NCBI GenBank assembly: GCA_017654855.1
Contig: CM030332.1
Coordinates: forward strand, 7,130,001 to 7,194,000
Source of the DNA: Podospora anserina
Lineage: Eukaryota
DNA: 64,000 bases
Direction of reading: 5' to 3'
Positions 49,731 through 60,957 of the stretch are shown here, piece after piece (position 1 is the stretch's first letter; every line of letters begins with the position of its first letter). The translations under genes and the position numbers were made by a program. The notes under the pieces were generated by a model that saw only the letters and a list, made by a program, of their open reading frames with translations, did not search any database and was not told the origin of the DNA.

Positions 49731-51989
49731 ATGGCCGAAATTTACAACCCGGGGTCGGTGTCACAGCCACTCGTGATTGATGACGACGATGGCTATGAGT
49801 CGTTGTCAGGTATCAAGCATGAGCTTGAGGAGGGTCATCTTCTTCTCGAAGAAAGATTCGACGTCGACGATGTTTTCGAAGTCGACGAGTACGGCAACGA
49901 GGTCAACCCTTTTGAGGAGTTGGACCAGGAGTACCGGGCCGAGGGCCGACTGGAGGGCGACTTGTACGAGGTAATCGACCTTACCGAAGATGCCGACGAC
50001 AACTCGGCAACTTCACGGCCAAGGACGGCGACAGCCAGCGATGAGGACATTCTCCAATACTGGACACTGGACGACGGGCTTCTTCTTACGCCACACATGA
50101 CGGTGGAGCTCCGACCTTCCGTGGACCAAGAGGCAATCGAGTTTCTCCGTATCCTCTCCATCGTGAAGATTACCGAGCCTGAACGAACTTTCGCCGTGCT
50201 CCGCGGCTGGGGCTTCCGCAGGAGCCGGAACTTCCAAGGCTGCCTCCCCAAGAAGCTGAACGAGGTTTGCTTGATCGCCAAGATGAAAACCTCAGACAAG
50301 CGGGGTTGGATGGAGCAAGCCCTCATCGACGTGGATCCCAGGCAGGTGATGATGCTCAGGGATCTCCGGATGACCAATGCCGACTTCCCAGATTACCGGT
50401 TCAACGCTAACGAATATCACCGGCTGGGCAAGGAGATGATCAAGGAGTCTGGGCCTCTCGTCTGCCGGTGGAGGAAAGAGGAGCACCGCCATCCGAGGAC
50501 GAAAGCCGCCTGCGAGTTCGCCTTTGTCAGGCTAAGCGAGGATGAGGTTGATGACCGATACCGAGTGAAGGACGCACAGATGGTGAACAGGTGGAGAGGG
50601 GGCGTTGTCCCTGGTGGCTCACACATCCCCAACAGGGACAGCCCCGGTCTAGTTCTCGACCTCGAGGACGAAGGGTCAGAACAGGCCAGTGATCTCCAGC
50701 CCGGGCAGCGCTATACTGCCGCGGATATTTTCGCCGGTGCGGGTGGCGCCTCGCGGGGTATCGAGCGCTCCGGTTGCCGACTTCTGTTTTCTCTCGACCA
50801 CTGGGAGCCCGCCGCGAGGTCCCTCCGTCGCAATTTCCCCGGCACGCATATCTACCAAAAAGAGGTAACCGACTTTGTGACCGAAGATCTCCCGCCCGAG
50901 CATTCCTACCCGGACATCCTCCACCTCTCCCCTCCGTGTCAGTTCTGGTCCCCGGCTCACACCGTCGCCGGGAAAGATGACGAGAAGAACATCGCTGTCC
51001 TCTTCAGCTGCACCGACCTCATCAAGAAGCTCCGGCCCAGGGTTTTCACGGTGGAGCAAACATTCGGTCTCGTCCACGATCGTTTCCGTCTGTATTTCCA
51101 CACCTTCCTGCAAGGTTTCACCTCGCACGGGTACTCCCTCAGGTACAAAATCCTCCACCTGAACCAGTACGGCCTCGCCCAAACCCGTCGCCGGCTGGTC
51201 ATCATCGGTGCTGGGCCAGGCGAGAAGCTTCCCCCGTTTCCTCCCCCTACCCACTCCAAAACACCCGAGGTCGACGGCCTGAAGCCTGTCGTGACCCCCT
51301 ACCAAGCGTTGTTGGCGATCAAGCGTATCAAAAGCGGCCATCCGATGCACAATCTGGCCACCGTTCATCGGTTTGACCCGCCCAAGCGCCCTTGGGATCC
51401 GAGCAAGCCGGTCAACACGATCACCTGCTCTGGCGGCCAGAATTACCACTGGTTGGGGGAGAGGCAATTCACTGATCTGGAATATGCTGTGCTGCAGGGG
51501 TTTCCACGCTGGCATCAGTTTTCCGAAACCAATGTCAAGAAGCAGATCGGCAATGCTTTCGCGCCGTCGGTGGTGAGGGTGCTATACGAGCATCTCATCC
51601 GCTTTTTGAGGAAGCAGGACGGGGTGGCTGGGAGCAACTTACCTCCTTCGTCCTCGTCGGGTGACAGTTCCCCTATTGCAATCCCAGACTCGGACGAGGA
51701 GAGGGACGAGCTCCAGTTTCTGGGGCTGGGCGGCCTGGGCACAAAGGACCAGCCGATGAAGTTGGATGATGAGGAGGTGGAGTACCTGGGGGAGTCCGCG
51801 AGGGGGTGGTCAGCAACGATGACTGGACGGTGGGACGGAAGGAGGGAGGGGGTTGGCAGGCGGACGAGGTGTGAGGCCCGGAGGTATGAAGTTGATGCGG
51901 ACGGGTGGCCGGAGTATAGGGAGGAGGACTTTATGGAGTTGGATGCGGGGACGATGCAGGACCCAGTGGTTATTGATTGGGAGACGTGA
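49731..51989 (+). CDS. rid: RID/Masc1-family C5-cytosine DNA methyltransferase (752 aa, intronless)
   Basis: Motif I DIFAGAGG, motif IV SPPCQ (Cys403), motif VI EQT (RID/Masc1 hallmark replacing ENV), motif VIII QTRRRL, motif IX LEYAVLQGFP, motif X KQIGNAFAP. Confidence 0.96.
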   Translation: MAEIYNPGSVSQPLVIDDDDGYESLSGIKHELEEGHLLLEERFDVDDVFEVDEYGNEVNPFEELDQEYRAEGRLEGDLYEVIDLTEDADDNSATSRPRTATASDEDILQYWTLDDGLLLTPHMTVELRPSVDQEAIEFLRILSIVKITEPERTFAVLRGWGFRRSRNFQGCLPKKLNEVCLIAKMKTSDKRGWMEQALIDVDPRQVMMLRDLRMTNADFPDYRFNANEYHRLGKEMIKESGPLVCRWRKEEHRHPRTKAACEFAFVRLSEDEVDDRYRVKDAQMVNRWRGGVVPGGSHIPNRDSPGLVLDLEDEGSEQASDLQPGQRYTAADIFAGAGGASRGIERSGCRLLFSLDHWEPAARSLRRNFPGTHIYQKEVTDFVTEDLPPEHSYPDILHLSPPCQFWSPAHTVAGKDDEKNIAVLFSCTDLIKKLRPRVFTVEQTFGLVHDRFRLYFHTFLQGFTSHGYSLRYKILHLNQYGLAQTRRRLVIIGAGPGEKLPPFPPPTHSKTPEVDGLKPVVTPYQALLAIKRIKSGHPMHNLATVHRFDPPKRPWDPSKPVNTITCSGGQNYHWLGERQFTDLEYAVLQGFPRWHQFSETNVKKQIGNAFAPSVVRVLYEHLIRFLRKQDGVAGSNLPPSSSSGDSSPIAIPDSDEERDELQFLGLGGLGTKDQPMKLDDEEVEYLGESARGWSATMTGRWDGRREGVGRRTRCEARRYEVDADGWPEYREEDFMELDAGTMQDPVVIDWET

Positions 51990-52599
51990 TTGACTTTTGG
52001 CAGGAGAGTGGATTTGTCTGAGTGTTGTACATAGAGCCTATTCTTTCAACAAGCTGGCATGTTATTGGCGATCTTATGAAGCAAGGAGTTACGCGGGTAG
52101 GCTAGATGTTTGTCATGAGCGAGGAGTTGGGTGGGAGGAGGTTTCGAGGTTTGTGGTCTCTTAAGCTGTCATTGTATTTTATATCAGGCAAGCGAGCATC
52201 AAAGTACAGCATTTCCATTGGTACAGGCAGAGTCCGTAAACACAGTATGCACTCTATTCCTCTTGTATTGTACTACAAATCTCAGTTCGCTACGGTGACA
52301 TGTTCAATCTTGGCCCAACTGCCACCCATCAACTTTTCCTACGCCCAAAGTATCAGCAGTATTACCTCTTTTCTCCAAACCAACCCCTGAACTAATGTTC
52401 AACAGATGAAGCATGCCTGTCCTCTGAATGTGAACACCCGCCAAAACTCCTGCCGCTTCCCAAACTGGCTACCCAAGAAACCCGAGACACCGCCAACACA
52501 AACTTCCCAAAGTTCAATATCCCAAACCAAGACACCAAAGACAAGAAGAAAGCAAATACAGCATATCTTAATCAAAGCTACCCCTGTTCAGAATTTGGC

Positions 52600-53897
52600 T
52601 CACTCCTCCTCGCTTACCTCACTCTCGTTACCTCTGTCGTTCTCATCCATCTCCCCAAAGGCTGCCTCAAGCTCCGCCTCCAAATCACCCTGCATCGGAT
52701 CCACCTCGGCTTCCTCATCTTCATCTGACGAGCCCACATCAAAAGTGTACTTTTCAGGTTCCTCCACCGGCACTCTAGGCTGAGAATCGTAGCTCGAAAC
52801 CGGAGCACTCGGAGCCGGCGCCACCTCCTCAAAATCATACTCCTCGTCCTCGTCTGACTCCTCGCGAAGTTGCTGAAAGTGCCGGAAGTCTTCCTCGTGA
52901 TTATGCTCTTCCTCTTCTTCGTAGGCGCCCTTGCCAAACTCTGAAAAGCGTCTATTGAGAGACGCAGCAGGCTGGAAAGTCGTAGGCGGTGGGGGCTTGG
53001 CGTCGGGATATTCGATTGTGAGACCAAAATCATCATCGTCGTCGTCCTCATCATCCTCGTCATCATCGACTTTCTTCTTTGGTGGTGGTACTTCACGCTT
53101 CTTCTCAGGAACAGATGGCATGGGAAGAGATGGTGCGGCGGGCGGGGCGGCGTTGGGATCCGGTAGAAAGAGAGCTTCCGCCCCCTTCTTTTCCACTTTG
53201 CCCTTTCCTTTACCCTTGGCCTCTGGCGTATTCTTTGCTGCTGGTGTGTTTTTGGCCGCGGCGCCTCTGGCTGCCGGCTTGGCCTTGGCTGGAGGGTCCT
53301 CTTTGAGTTTGGATGCCGCCGCTTTCGAGGCTGCCGCCTTGCCCTTCGCTTGTGTTGGCGGCGGCTTGGAACCAGAGGCAGCAGATGAACCGCCATTCTT
53401 GATCTCCAGTTGGGGGAACTTCTCTCGTAATGTTTCCACATTATCCGTTGGCGTCCTTGTCAGATTCATGTGGAACATGGAATCGACGCGGTGCAGTATG
53501 AAGGCCTGGCGCGTGGGATCGAATATGAGGGTATAGTTGTTGTCTTCGGCGGTTCGTACGCCATTGTATTGATATCTGTCGCCCTTGTCGTCGAAGCCAA
53601 TGTTGTAGGAACCGTCTTTGGCCGACTTCTTGAGATGGGCCGTGTTCGGAGCTGTGTCTGACGAGAGCGTTGGTCGGTGGTTATCTGCAAACGAGATATT
53701 GTTAGCACGATTGGTGGTAAACGCACGCTGCTGTTGTCGGGTGGCTGCCTTGCTGAACCAGACCAGCAGAGTAGGGGTCTTTTTTGGTTCCGCTTACACC
53801 GAATGCCTGTGTATGTTTCCTTGGATGGCTTCCCCAGCAGCTCAGGACTGAGGAGTACTGGGTATTTTCCCACCTTTGTGGGGTCGATAGCAGCCAT
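52600..53897 (-). CDS. EAF (ELL-associated factor) N-terminal-domain transcription elongation protein (394 aa; exons 53897-53798, 53684-52600)
   Basis: GKYPVLLSPELL..YTGIR/YNHRP..YQYNG..YTLIFDPTRQAFILHRVDS fits the EAF pattern; acidic tail ending ESEVSEEE; intron 53685-53797 (GTAAGC..CTAAC..CAG). Confidence 0.82.
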
Positions 53898-55625
53898 GAT
53901 TGGCAATTCTCGCGTTGGCAGAGACGCGGGCGGGGTCGTAGGCGAGGCAATGCAATGCTCGAGGGCGGACGGCGGATGGCGGACGGCGGGAGAGGACAGG
54001 ATCTGAATTGAACAATGGTTGGGGGTTGGAAGAGGGAAGTTCCAGGCCGGCTTCCGTGATTACAGCATCCACAACAAAACGTCTAGTGGGCAGACCGAAC
54101 AGCGAACAGCAGTTGGGGGCTCCCACGTGCCGTCAAGGGTACCGCTGACCGCTGCTATTTATTGCCCGGCTGGGGTGATGGGCTTGGGACGCCGCTAAGA
54201 CTTAGCGACCGGCGACAACAGCGGGGAGCAGGGAGCAAGGGGCAGTGGCTTCAGTCTTCCCCAGATCGCTGGGATGTCTTGGCGCGTGGGATGATGCTCC
54301 GTGGGATTGTTTGGGATTGTTTGGGACCGTGAGAGAAGACAACCGCAACCAAGGCTGTCCAGGCTAAATATCTGCAGAATCTGGACGCCCGTTCCCTTTG
54401 ACAGACGACGCGCCTCGCATTGCGCCTTCTTTGTCTTTGTTAGCTCTCGCAAACGTTGAACAAGCGCTGAGACAAACAGGATTGGCTTATCGGGAAGCGG
54501 TTGAAAATGGGCCGAGGGGCTCGCTTGGCAGTGGGGCTGGCCGTTGTGACACCATTCCAGGTCCACCCTTCCACACTGCCAACCTCAATTCCAACTTCCA
54601 TCGTTTGTTCGATGAGTTACACGCAACTTCCAAGACGATTCTAGCGACTTTACCAAACCGAGATCCCCGTTCTATTGGCCGTATCTATCGATATGTTTTA
54701 TCAGTCTGCCATCTCAGCAAACATCTATCGACAGTCTTCAGCTTACCTACAAGCCATCTTGGGGAAACGGATTCAGGGTCCTCGGCGCACAAGGACACAA
54801 GCTTATCCCATGTGGATAATATGGTCTCGCAGTGCGGCTCTGCTGGACCAATTCCACGGAAGAGGCTTGTACAATGAGGCTGTGGTTCCCTCCAAGTGGT
54901 CAGACTGAAGCCCATTCTCGCCATTGTCATCCGGCACCGCAGCTGCAACTCAAAACAGGCCTCCGGGTACATCATCTAGATCGGCTACCGTTAAAGATAG
55001 ACAAGCCTAGGACTGCTGTGTTCCTGGATCAGGCCCCAGTTCCAGGCTTTCTCATTCCCGCGCCGTTGAGATGGCTGTGAGTCAGTGAAGGTACAGCCTG
55101 CATCTTTTCACCATCTCCAACCTTGAAGTTTGCCAGGCATCCGACTTCTTGTTAGCGCAGAACTGACGCCATGTTGACCGGCCCATCTCCAGCCACAACG
55201 GTTTCCAGGGTCGAGTCAGGGTCCCAACTGCCTCATACTTCTGCAAGACAATCTGCTAGGCTGGGTCAGGGACTTCAACATCGGGGAAAGCGCGCCGGAC
55301 TCTTCTTCGTCCAAGGCCATTGCCTCCGGTCCCACGTTTGTTAGCCAGTTCCATGTGAGCAAGCGCAGCAGAGCTAACGGCCAAGCTCTACCATCATGGG
55401 ACGAAACGGGCCTCTTCAAGTCCATGACTTGATACTCGCTAATCTATCGAAGCTTCAAGTTTACAAGTCCTATCTCCCTCTCTTTAATGCCACATTGCCT
55501 CCGGACAAGTGCCCTCTTTCTTTCATGGCCTGTTGTTTTTCTATTACTGGACCCCTTCGATGGCATCCACCACCATACAAGGGCCGAGATGCGCTCGACA
55601 ACCCGGGTCTAGCAGGACGACACCC

Positions 55626-57793
55626 ATGGCAACGACGCGGACATGGCTGACAGCCAGTCTACTGTCGATCTCGCAGCTCACTGCAGCTTACACACTTGAT
55701 TTGAGCTCAACGGGTGAGGCTCGGTGCACCACATCCTGACCACAGTCCCGGCATTGACTCTATGACACCCTGCAGACTCTCTCAAATCCGTCGCGAGCTC
55801 CATGACCGAAGACATGATGTCATTCTACTCAGGAGACAAACCAGGGGGCACCCCTGGTTTGCTCCCACAGCCATACTACTGTGGGTTGCTACCCAACCCA
55901 CCAGAGAATCATCATGAAAGACCTCACACACACTAACCCAACCGGAGCTCAGGGTGGGAAGCAGGAGCCCTCATGGGCGCTCTTATTGACTACTGGTACT
56001 ACACCGGCGACACCCGCTGGAACGCCCTCGCCACCGAAGGCCTCCTCTTCCAAACCGGCCCCAATAACGACTACATGCCCCCCAACCAAACCGTCACCGA
56101 AGGAAACGACGACCAAGGCTTCTGGGGCATGGCCGTCATGACGGCCGCCGAGTACAACTTTGACAACCCACCCCCGGGCAAACCACAATGGCTCTCCCTC
56201 GCCCAAGCTGTCTTCAACACCCAGGCCGCTCGCTGGGACGCTGAGGACTGCGGCGGCGGCCTCCGGTGGCAGATCTTCACCTGGAACAACGGCTACGACT
56301 ACAAGAACTCCATATCCCAAGCTTGCTTTTTCAACCTGGCTGCCCGGCTGGCCCTGTACACAGGGAACCATTCCTACGCCGACTGGGCAGACAAAGCCTG
56401 GGACTGGATGGTGGCTACCAACCTCATCAATCCAGAATACTACTACATCTACGACGGCACCCACATCAACAACTGCTCCGAAATAACCCCCTACCAGTGG
56501 ACTTACAATGCTGGCGCGTTTTTGCTGGGTGCGGCGGCATTGTACAATTACACCACCGGCCCTGTCCAGTCCGTCTGGAGAGACCGTGTCGACGGCCTGT
56601 TGAACGGCACCTCTGTCTTCTTCACCGGCCCCAACAAGGACATCATGACCGAAGTCGCCTGCGAGCCCGTCGACCTCTGTGACCTCGACCAGCAGTCTTT
56701 CAAAGCTTACCTCTCCCGCTGGATGGCCGCCACGACTAAATGGGCGCCTTGGACATACGACAGGATCAAGCCGCTGCTGCAGTCTTCTGCCCAAGCTGCC
56801 GCGGGAACGTGTAGGGGAGGGGCGAATGGACGAATGTGCGGGCTGAAGTGGAATCAGGGGCCCAAGTGGGATGGGAGCACGGGGGTGGGGCAGCAGATGG
56901 CGGCCATGGAGGTGGTGTTGGGGAATATGATTGGGCAGAGGCATGGTCCGGTGACTGATCGAAAGGGGGGGACGAGTAAAGGGGATCCGGGGGCGGGGGG
57001 ACAGGATATGGGACGGAATGATCCGTTGCAGCGGGCGGGTGCGTGGCCGCCGGTTAGTCAGGGGGGTAGGGCGGGGGCGTGGATACTGATGTTGCTGACT
57101 GTTTTGGGGGTTGTTGGCGGGTGTGTTTTTGTTTTGGTAGATGAAGGGGATGGGATGGAGGAGCAGATTGAGGGGGTCGGGGACGTGGTTACTGTTGCTG
57201 GCGGGATGGGGAGGAGGAGCGATGGGAATAAGTTGAGGAAGGAGAGTCCGAATATTTTGGGGGCGATGGTGGCGGCGGGGTCGTTGGAGAAGGAGAGGGG
57301 CGGGGCGGTGAATAGAAGCGATAGTGATAGAACGCTGAGGGGGGATGAGGATGGGATGGGGGTGGGTGAGGTGAAGAGGGGGGCGGAACACGTGGACAAG
57401 CCGGTGGGGGAGCCGCCTATTATCAAGGTGCCTCATCCGAGGAATAGGAAGCCGTTGAGGACGACGTTGTTGGCGAAGCAGCATCAGAGGCAGTGGTCGA
57501 AGTCGAGGCGGAATTATTGGGGAGATAATGATGGAAGTGGGGAAACGGTGGTGGGGGATCTCGTCAAAGACAAAAATGTTGATAACAATAACCGTGTTGA
57601 AGCCGTCAGTGCGCCACCGCCAAAGAAGAGAAGGCAATCAGATCCCGGGTCAGACAGCAATAAGGATAAGGTCACGCTTCCGAGAAAAGGGCCGTCGAGG
57701 AAGGGGGTTAGGTGGAACGATACGGTGGAGGGTAGCTTGCGTTTGGATGCTCAGCAGACGTATTCGGCGTATTGGGAGAGTGAGTGTTATTGA
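55626..57793 (+). CDS. GH76 Dfg5/Dcw1-like alpha-1,6-mannanase/transglycosylase (677 aa; exons 55626-55713, 55776-55880, 55953-57793)
   Basis: Signal peptide; PYYWWEAGALMGALIDYW; catalytic EGNDDQGFW; CGGGLRWQIF; YKNSISQACFF; QWTYNAG; SFKAYLSRW; GVGQQMAA; introns 55714-55775 and 55881-55952. Confidence 0.94.
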
Positions 57794-60404
57794 CCTCCTG
57801 GGTTGGAGTGTGTGTACATACTTTGCATTGGTTGGAGATTTTCTTCTGGGACAGTCATTTTGGGATTCTGAGAGGCACAATTGGGATACAATCACAACAT
57901 TGGAAGGGAGGGCATATTGTATATCATTTGGCACGGGGAAGTGCTGATGTGGTTTCGTATGTGTAGGGTTAGGTTGAACTTGATCAGTTGGCTTACCTCA
58001 TCACACATTGTCATGTTGCACATGCAGGGTCGCTGCTGGTGAGGGGGCTTGATATGTCAGGAGTGGGCGAGAAAGGTGGTCGAGTGTATTGTATAGTAGT
58101 TCAAACATACTCCTTCCAACAGCCTCAGTTACCCTCGTCACAACAACCCTTGTGGTCAAGTGGCAAGGGTATCAGGGCTGCTCACGCCGCCGCCCACCGC
58201 CGGGCTCACCAAGAGCTCGATGGCGGATTCCTTGCAAAACCTTTCGTAGCTGGGTTTTCGGCGCCCGCCCCTTGAGGGCGGGTGAGCTTTTGTTTTTCAG
58301 GCCAGGCTTTTACAAGTTTGGGTCTGGGGTCTGGTTTCATGTTTTTGAACCTCAACTCCAATCAGCTCATAATACAGCTGCGACTTGCTCGGATTGTCGG
58401 AAAAACACGGAGGTAAGTGGTAGAAATTACTTCTTGTTGACGGTTGCCCTCAGCCACGAGCTGTTGCGATTTTGGAGTCGAAATAGGCACTCATGTAAAA
58501 GTCGAGGAAGAAAAACATTCTGCTCCGTTTCTCATTTCTACGACTGGCTAACATTTGGCCTGCTATGGCCGTGTGTCTGGCAGAATGCCAGTATGGGAGT
58601 GTTTGAAACTTCGGATTTTGGCCTAGAGAAAATATAAGTTTATGTGTCAATAAAGCATCCGTTTCGGAATGTCTAATCACGTTTCGGGACCGCAAGTCAA
58701 AAGACTGAGATGTGAGTTGGAAAGACGGAAAGCTCTGGTCACCGCTTCTTTAGACATGAGCCGGGTACTTTTTGAAGCATAGCCTGAGGAGAGATCTACT
58801 GTGAAAAAGGCAACAGCTGACTGGCGATGAAGTTCCACAAATCAACGTGATTGCCAAACACAAAGCAGATTCTCTTCGCACAATCACAATCACGATGTGT
58901 GGAATGTGTACCACCATCTCGACGGTCGACAGTGGCACAAGTACAACCGTTGATCAGTGCGCTTAAGTCCTTAAGGCCACCCTGTTTGAGGAGATGCTCG
59001 ACCCACGCACGAGAAAAAGATAAATGAGGTGTCAAAATAGGGTGCTGACATGCGAAGTGAGTTACGTGCTGAAGTCTCAGTCACCACGATGGGAATATTC
59101 TCCGTGGCCAATGAGACTTATAGGAGAATGAAAGCGCCTCGATCGATCCGGGACCGGGAACTGGGGGGGCGGGCGGTGAAATTGGCACTTTCGGTTGTTG
59201 AAACAGGCTCTGTGGTGATGTTGTGGTTGTTGCGATTGCCCATGAGGTTGTTCGATGCTGTTCATTTCAATGTGACTATTTGCGACATAGAAACCTTCTG
59301 TCCAGTCGTTAAGGTCATCTGACCATCTGACAGCGGAGATCTGGTCTCGCAGCAGCGTTGCCTGCATGAAGCAGTGTAATATTCCTCGGTGCCTTGCTCG
59401 AAGGATCGATGAGCAGGGTCCCCTGAAATATCTTCTTGTGCTCCTGTTACCTCCTGCCGAGGATGTCGGGAGGCGCTTGCAGTTGATCCGTCCCCAAGTC
59501 GGTGACCCACGGGCATGATACACGAGGTTGGTCCGTGGTAGCGTTTAATATATGCTGATCTGGAATGCTGCAGGAGAAACAGAGATGCTAGATACAGTGG
59601 TCCATCGTCGGCTGCGCGGGTATCCGTAGGTTCGGCCGCCTGGTCCACCTGGCCTTCTTGTCGAGGGAAGAAGACCCGGTTAGGGCACGGTAATGGCTTT
59701 GGTTGGAGGATGAGCGAGAAACTCGAGATCGCATGCATAGGTTGCTCAAATCCGGTGGTACTGTCACCAATGCTGACAGCATGGGACGAAGAAGAGCTGG
59801 AGCAGCATTCACTTCCCAAGCGCTCACCAAACCTAGCACTTGGACCCTTGATCCGACACACAAACTCTTGGCCGAGAGCATTAACCGCTCTGAACCGAGC
59901 GGCTGAGTTTGGCTGATTCACTATGTTGTGGCAGCTACCCGCTTGTACGAGGCACTGGCGCCGTCCCGTCATTGTCTCCAGTTCCCAATCAGTTCACTGT
60001 GCTCTTGGTGACTTGAAAACCTTGACCGCTCCGCTCTTGCAGGTAGCCATGGAGTTGCTCTCGGTTTGCGATTGTCGGCAAGTTCCATAACTTGGCGTCT
60101 CCCCGGATTTCCCTGGGGCACGTCGGGACCGGTAGTCATCCGGCGATGCGGAGAGTGAGTAGGCTTCCTTCATCGGCTCGAGTCAATACTTTATCAGGGG
60201 GTCCGTCCAAAGATTGCCTCCTCCACAACATAACTGACAGGACAAAGATTTTGACTCCTTGGACGACTCCAACACTCGGTGTCGACGCGTGGCAACCTTT
60301 CGCCATCCACCCATACGCAATTCCGGTACGTTGGGGATAGTTTAGACCACTCAGCGGTCCCGTCGACGAGTCCTTGCAACTGACGAAGCGCTCAGGGACC
60401 AAAA

Positions 60405-60957
60405 ATGCCAGATTATATTGGGTCACCTGGGGGTGACCATGCAGATTTCAACCAGTCTTCGAATGCCATCCAGGACAAACTCGGAGGCACCGGCAATATC
60501 GTTAACATCACCGCCGCCGAGATCGCCGTCATCGTTATCACAGTCACCCTGGTCTTGTTGGCTCTAGTTGGTGTCTTTTACTGTCGAATCTTGCAAGCTC
60601 GTCGGGATCTCGATATAGAAAACAAGGCGAAGGAGCGGGCTGCGGGCCCCGCGCTGGGCGATGCCATAGAACTGGTACACACCAAGAGAGCATCCGGGAG
60701 CTCTTGCGATACGGTATCGATCAAGAATAGAGACGAGATTGGCGAGCCCAGCTCGAGCAAGGGTAAAACGCCGGCCGCCATGGAATCGAACCAAGAACCA
60801 AAACTGCCTCTTCGACACTATATCCACTGGAAGAACCCAGATCCGAACGGACAAACTAAGCAACAAGAAGAAGGTAAGCAAAAGCTGCTAAACCAAGGCT
60901 TCGAGCAATCACTTACTCGGTGTTGCAGGTTCCTCTTCTTCACACCCTCCGTACTGA
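60405..60957 (+). CDS. Small single-pass membrane protein (about 165 aa if intron 60874-60928 is spliced; 199 aa to 61004 if not)
   Basis: AAAAATG context; hydrophobic helix IAVIVITVTLVLLALVGVFYC followed by basic residues; GTAAGC donor and TGCAG acceptor. Confidence 0.65.

Noticed and set aside
55949-57637. 562-aa - strand ORF (similarly 24233-25207 and 44400-45083)
   Set aside because: Antisense to GH76, WASP and the glycosylase acidic tail; explained by GC-rich or low-complexity sense sequence
58000-60400. Several 60-236-aa ORFs on both strands
   Set aside because: No motifs or codon bias; consistent with intergenic or long upstream sequence
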